Source of the DNA: an uncultured delta proteobacterium | Lineage (GTDB): Bacteria; Desulfobacterota; RBG-13-43-22 | DNA length: 64,000 bases | Reading direction: 5' to 3' | NCBI GenBank assembly: GCA_963838485.1 | Contig: CAWIRY010000106.1 | Coordinates: 8,255 to 72,254, forward strand | The notes under the pieces: generated by a model | Told to the model about the DNA's origin: nothing | Database searches by the model: none | What the model saw: only the letters and a program-made list of their open reading frames with translations | Made by a program: the position numbers and the translations under genes | Part shown: in pieces, positions 61,529 to 64,000 of the stretch | Layout: every line of letters starts with the position of its first letter | How positions within the stretch are numbered: the stretch's first letter is position 1

Positions 61529-63490
61529 TTATTTCAACCCCTCAAAAATTTTTTTGCCATCCATAGAGTTCAGGGTTTCTATGAGGCGGATCTTTCGAAT
61601 ATTTTTTTGCTTGAGCCCGTTCAAATAACTCTGCCATTCCTTCTCTTTGTTTAATTTTTTTAAGGTTTGGCTGACTTTTCGTAGAAAGGTGGCGGCTTGT
61701 TCATAGGCTTTCGGCTTGGTTTGGGCAATCAGATTTTCTGCCAGCTTTTTCCAGATGGCTACGGCCCGGTCGGGATATTCATCGACTACGGCTTTGGCAA
61801 CTTGCACTTCTTGAGACGAACCCCATCCCCAATTAAAGTTTTTTGATTGTTGCCGGTCGTACCAGTGAAGAACTTTCTTCGGATCTTTTTCTGCAATGGC
61901 GATGTCGATGAGCGTGTCGGTGATTGGGAATTCCTTCTTTCGTTGGTTGTCTGCAAGAGGAATTTCGCAAATCGGTAAAGGCCAGGAAGGATTTTTTTGA
62001 GGGTGCTTCCCAGTTTCCAGATATTGCATGGAGGCTGTCTTAACGGCCGGCCAAACCTTGTCCTTTTGAGCGGCTTTTTGTAATTCCTGAAAGGTAAGGA
62101 GTGTCGGATCGTGGAAAAAATCTTCGGCCCTAAAGGAAGCCGCTTGAAGCCGGTTACCCTCTTTTTCCCGGATTTTCCTGAAAGTATCCCGCAAGTCTCC
62201 GGCCAGACCCGGCGAATTTTTCTGAGTGGCCTTGATCCCTTTTTGTATCCAGAGTTCGGCCTCTTTTAAATGGTTGGCATCTACAAGGCGATTTACCAGA
62301 CGCGAGTAATTCCCCGTCTCCGCCACTTCCTCCACGCAAAGAGGAATGATTTCTTTTTGGCGACCGGCCTTTTCCATGGCCTGTATAATCCAGTCACTCA
62401 GACGGTCCCGGGCATAATTTCTTGAGAACCCTTCTCTCTTATTGGAAACAAAGCCGTTCAGTCGTTCCAAGAGAATATCCGCCAGTTTACTCCAATCCTC
62501 TTTATTAAACCGCTTTTTCCAAAAATGTTCCAAGTCCTGGCAAAGTCCATATTCGTCTTCTAATTCCGCATCTACTGCCCAGAGCATTTGTTGGACAGGA
62601 GAAAGGGAAGATTTGGACAAGGCTCTAAAAACAATCTCCAGACAGGGAGAAATTTCCATGGCCGTTTCCCCATCATCGTCACTCATTCCTACCTGATTGC
62701 TCCCGGCCTCCAATAATTCCTTTCCCAGAGAAACCGCTTCATCGGCGTATCCTTGGGCCAGTAAAGCCTCCAGCCGTTCCTGAACCCGGGAATAATCCGG
62801 AATATACCCATCATTATCCCAATGGTGTCTCCAGCCCGGTTTAGAACTCAACTCATCAATTTCATTCCTGATGGATTGGACCATTTTTTTAACCGTTCCC
62901 TTTGATAAGGCTTGACGGTCTTCCAAGGCCTGATTCAACTCCGGAATGGCCTTGGCCAACTCTTGGAAGAGGCTGACAAGCTGGGCTTTGGTCTGGTCTT
63001 CAAGAAAAGCCTGAAGAGAACCAGAAGACCTGGGCTTTGAAGCAGAGGACGTCCTTCTGAGTATGGCTAATTCTTCCTCCTCCTCATCGTCTTCTTCTTC
63101 CCACCCCTCTTCCCCTTCCTCCTCCATTTCAAAGGATTCCAGTGCTTCAAACCGACGGTCTTTCTTGGAACATAAAGGGATTTCTTTTTTCTTTTTCAAA
63201 TAATCAAGGCCTTCCAGAACCACAGCCACGGCATGTTTGCAGGTATCATCATAAGGGCAATTACAGTCCGAGATCAGTTCCCCTTTTTGAACATCGACCA
63301 AGGTGGCATAGCGATGAGTCCCCAGGACCCAGGCCATCAAGGCCCCATCAGGCGTAAGGGACAGGTCTTCGACATGGCCGCTTTTTTGATAATCTTTTCC
63401 CCGGGAAACAATCTTACTCCCCGCCCATTCTCTCAGGTCGTCCCAGGATAAATTTTTGAAGAAATCGATTTTATTAATTTTTTTGGCCAT
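61529..63490 (-). CDS. SWIM zinc-finger domain protein with acidic linker and large alpha-helical C-terminal region
   Basis: SWIM CxC-x(n)-CxH motif CNCPYDDTCKHAVAV, a poly-Glu/Asp tract (EMEEEGEEGWEEEDDEEEEE), 653 aa. Confidence 0.6.
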   Translation of the reverse strand: MAKKINKIDFFKNLSWDDLREWAGSKIVSRGKDYQKSGHVEDLSLTPDGALMAWVLGTHRYATLVDVQKGELISDCNCPYDDTCKHAVAVVLEGLDYLKKKKEIPLCSKKDRRFEALESFEMEEEGEEGWEEEDDEEEEELAILRRTSSASKPRSSGSLQAFLEDQTKAQLVSLFQELAKAIPELNQALEDRQALSKGTVKKMVQSIRNEIDELSSKPGWRHHWDNDGYIPDYSRVQERLEALLAQGYADEAVSLGKELLEAGSNQVGMSDDDGETAMEISPCLEIVFRALSKSSLSPVQQMLWAVDAELEDEYGLCQDLEHFWKKRFNKEDWSKLADILLERLNGFVSNKREGFSRNYARDRLSDWIIQAMEKAGRQKEIIPLCVEEVAETGNYSRLVNRLVDANHLKEAELWIQKGIKATQKNSPGLAGDLRDTFRKIREKEGNRLQAASFRAEDFFHDPTLLTFQELQKAAQKDKVWPAVKTASMQYLETGKHPQKNPSWPLPICEIPLADNQRKKEFPITDTLIDIAIAEKDPKKVLHWYDRQQSKNFNWGWGSSQEVQVAKAVVDEYPDRAVAIWKKLAENLIAQTKPKAYEQAATFLRKVSQTLKKLNKEKEWQSYLNGLKQKNIRKIRLIETLNSMDGKKIFEGLK

Positions 63491-63698
63491 GAATGTATAA
63501 TCCTTCGGAATCCATTATTCTATGGTTTTACAATCATAAGGATTATCCCGAACATAGCCTCCAAGGAATATCAAGTCAACGGTATTTTATGAGGGCGAAT
63601 TGAATCATATTAAATGTTACCGAAGGGGTTAAAATAGAGGGATCGTTGACTCATAATTAAAGTTACCGAGGAAGTTTCTCGGTAGGAGGTAATTAATT

Positions 63699-64000
63699 AT
63701 GAGTCCCCAATCCAAAAAAGAATACCTGGCAGCCATTGTTAAACGATATAAGAATGCGTCCAGATCCGGGAAGCACCTCATTTTGGATGAATTCTGTGCT
63801 GCTACCGGTTATCATCGAAAGCATGCTATTCGCTTGCTCAGAGGCTTTAAGCGGTTCACCAAACCCCAGCCTAAGCGTCGTGGCCCTAAGCCCGTCTACC
63901 ACTCTCCAGAGCTCTTAAAAGCCCTAAAGAATATTTGGCTGGCCGCTAATCTGCCCTGTTCCCCCCGGTTAAAAGCCTTGTTGCCTTTATGGCTGTCCAG
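63699..64000 (+). CDS. N-terminal part of a transposase-like protein (partial; runs off the window)
   Basis: RBS aggaggt, then MSPQSKKEYLAAIVKRYKNASRSGKHLILDEFCAATGYHRKHAIRLL..., an HTH N-terminus typical of IS transposases. Confidence 0.4.
   Translation, partial: MSPQSKKEYLAAIVKRYKNASRSGKHLILDEFCAATGYHRKHAIRLLRGFKRFTKPQPKRRGPKPVYHSPELLKALKNIWLAANLPCSPRLKALLPLWLS

Overview
This window reads as a deltaproteobacterial-style anaerobe chromosome segment, about 55% GC. From left to right it contains the following.

- A tungsten aldehyde:ferredoxin oxidoreductase (AOR), SCP2, Fe-alcohol dehydrogenase (ADH), SCP2 cluster (2.2-6.2 kb), then general metabolism genes and a VapBC pair.
- dnaN, gyrB and gyrA on the minus strand, ending at a 414-bp, about 75% AT spacer at 21.8-22.2 kb where gene orientation flips; this is a candidate oriC with no dnaA adjacent.
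- A complete bacterial-type CODH/ACS (Wood-Ljungdahl carbonyl branch) cluster on the plus strand: RACo, cooC/acsF, acsD, acsA, acsB, acsC, acsE (22.2-33.6 kb).
- An accessory island of about 9.5 kb (33.8-43.1 kb) that is a decayed Type I restriction-modification (RM) locus. It holds an ORF6N remnant, a frameshifted hsdM, a DUF1016 fragment, an hsdS split by an IS630-family element (23-bp terminal inverted repeats, A7G -1 programmed-frameshift site), and a 3.1-kb inverted-repeat-bounded composite IS carrying two HTH genes, a DDE transposase and a multiply frameshifted IS481-like transposase. That composite IS replaced everything up to the last 130 codons of hsdR. The island ends with small P-loop and Panacea-like fragments and a DsrE-like gene with an in-frame TGA, a selenocysteine candidate.
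- The mreBCD-mrdA-rodA cell-shape operon with a co-transcribed 657-aa U32 (RlhA-like) peptidase.
- A sulfite-reductase-like ferredoxin gene separated from its upstream region by an IS4-family insertion with a perfect 9-bp target-site duplication.
- An ECF transporter (S-AA-T) with a repeat-rich leader, then LarA-like, B3/4-domain, msrAB and DUF2461 genes.
- A SWIM zinc-finger protein followed by an overlapping two-gene toxin-antitoxin-like module.
- A transposase N-terminus running off the right edge.

Several genes carry frameshifts (nadB-like flavoprotein, gpsA, hsdM twice, hsdR, the IS481-like transposase). These could be real decay or assembly error. Paralogous palindromic REP-like elements sit in the gyrB-gyrA and acsA-acsB spacers. 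No rRNA, tRNA or CRISPR array was seen.
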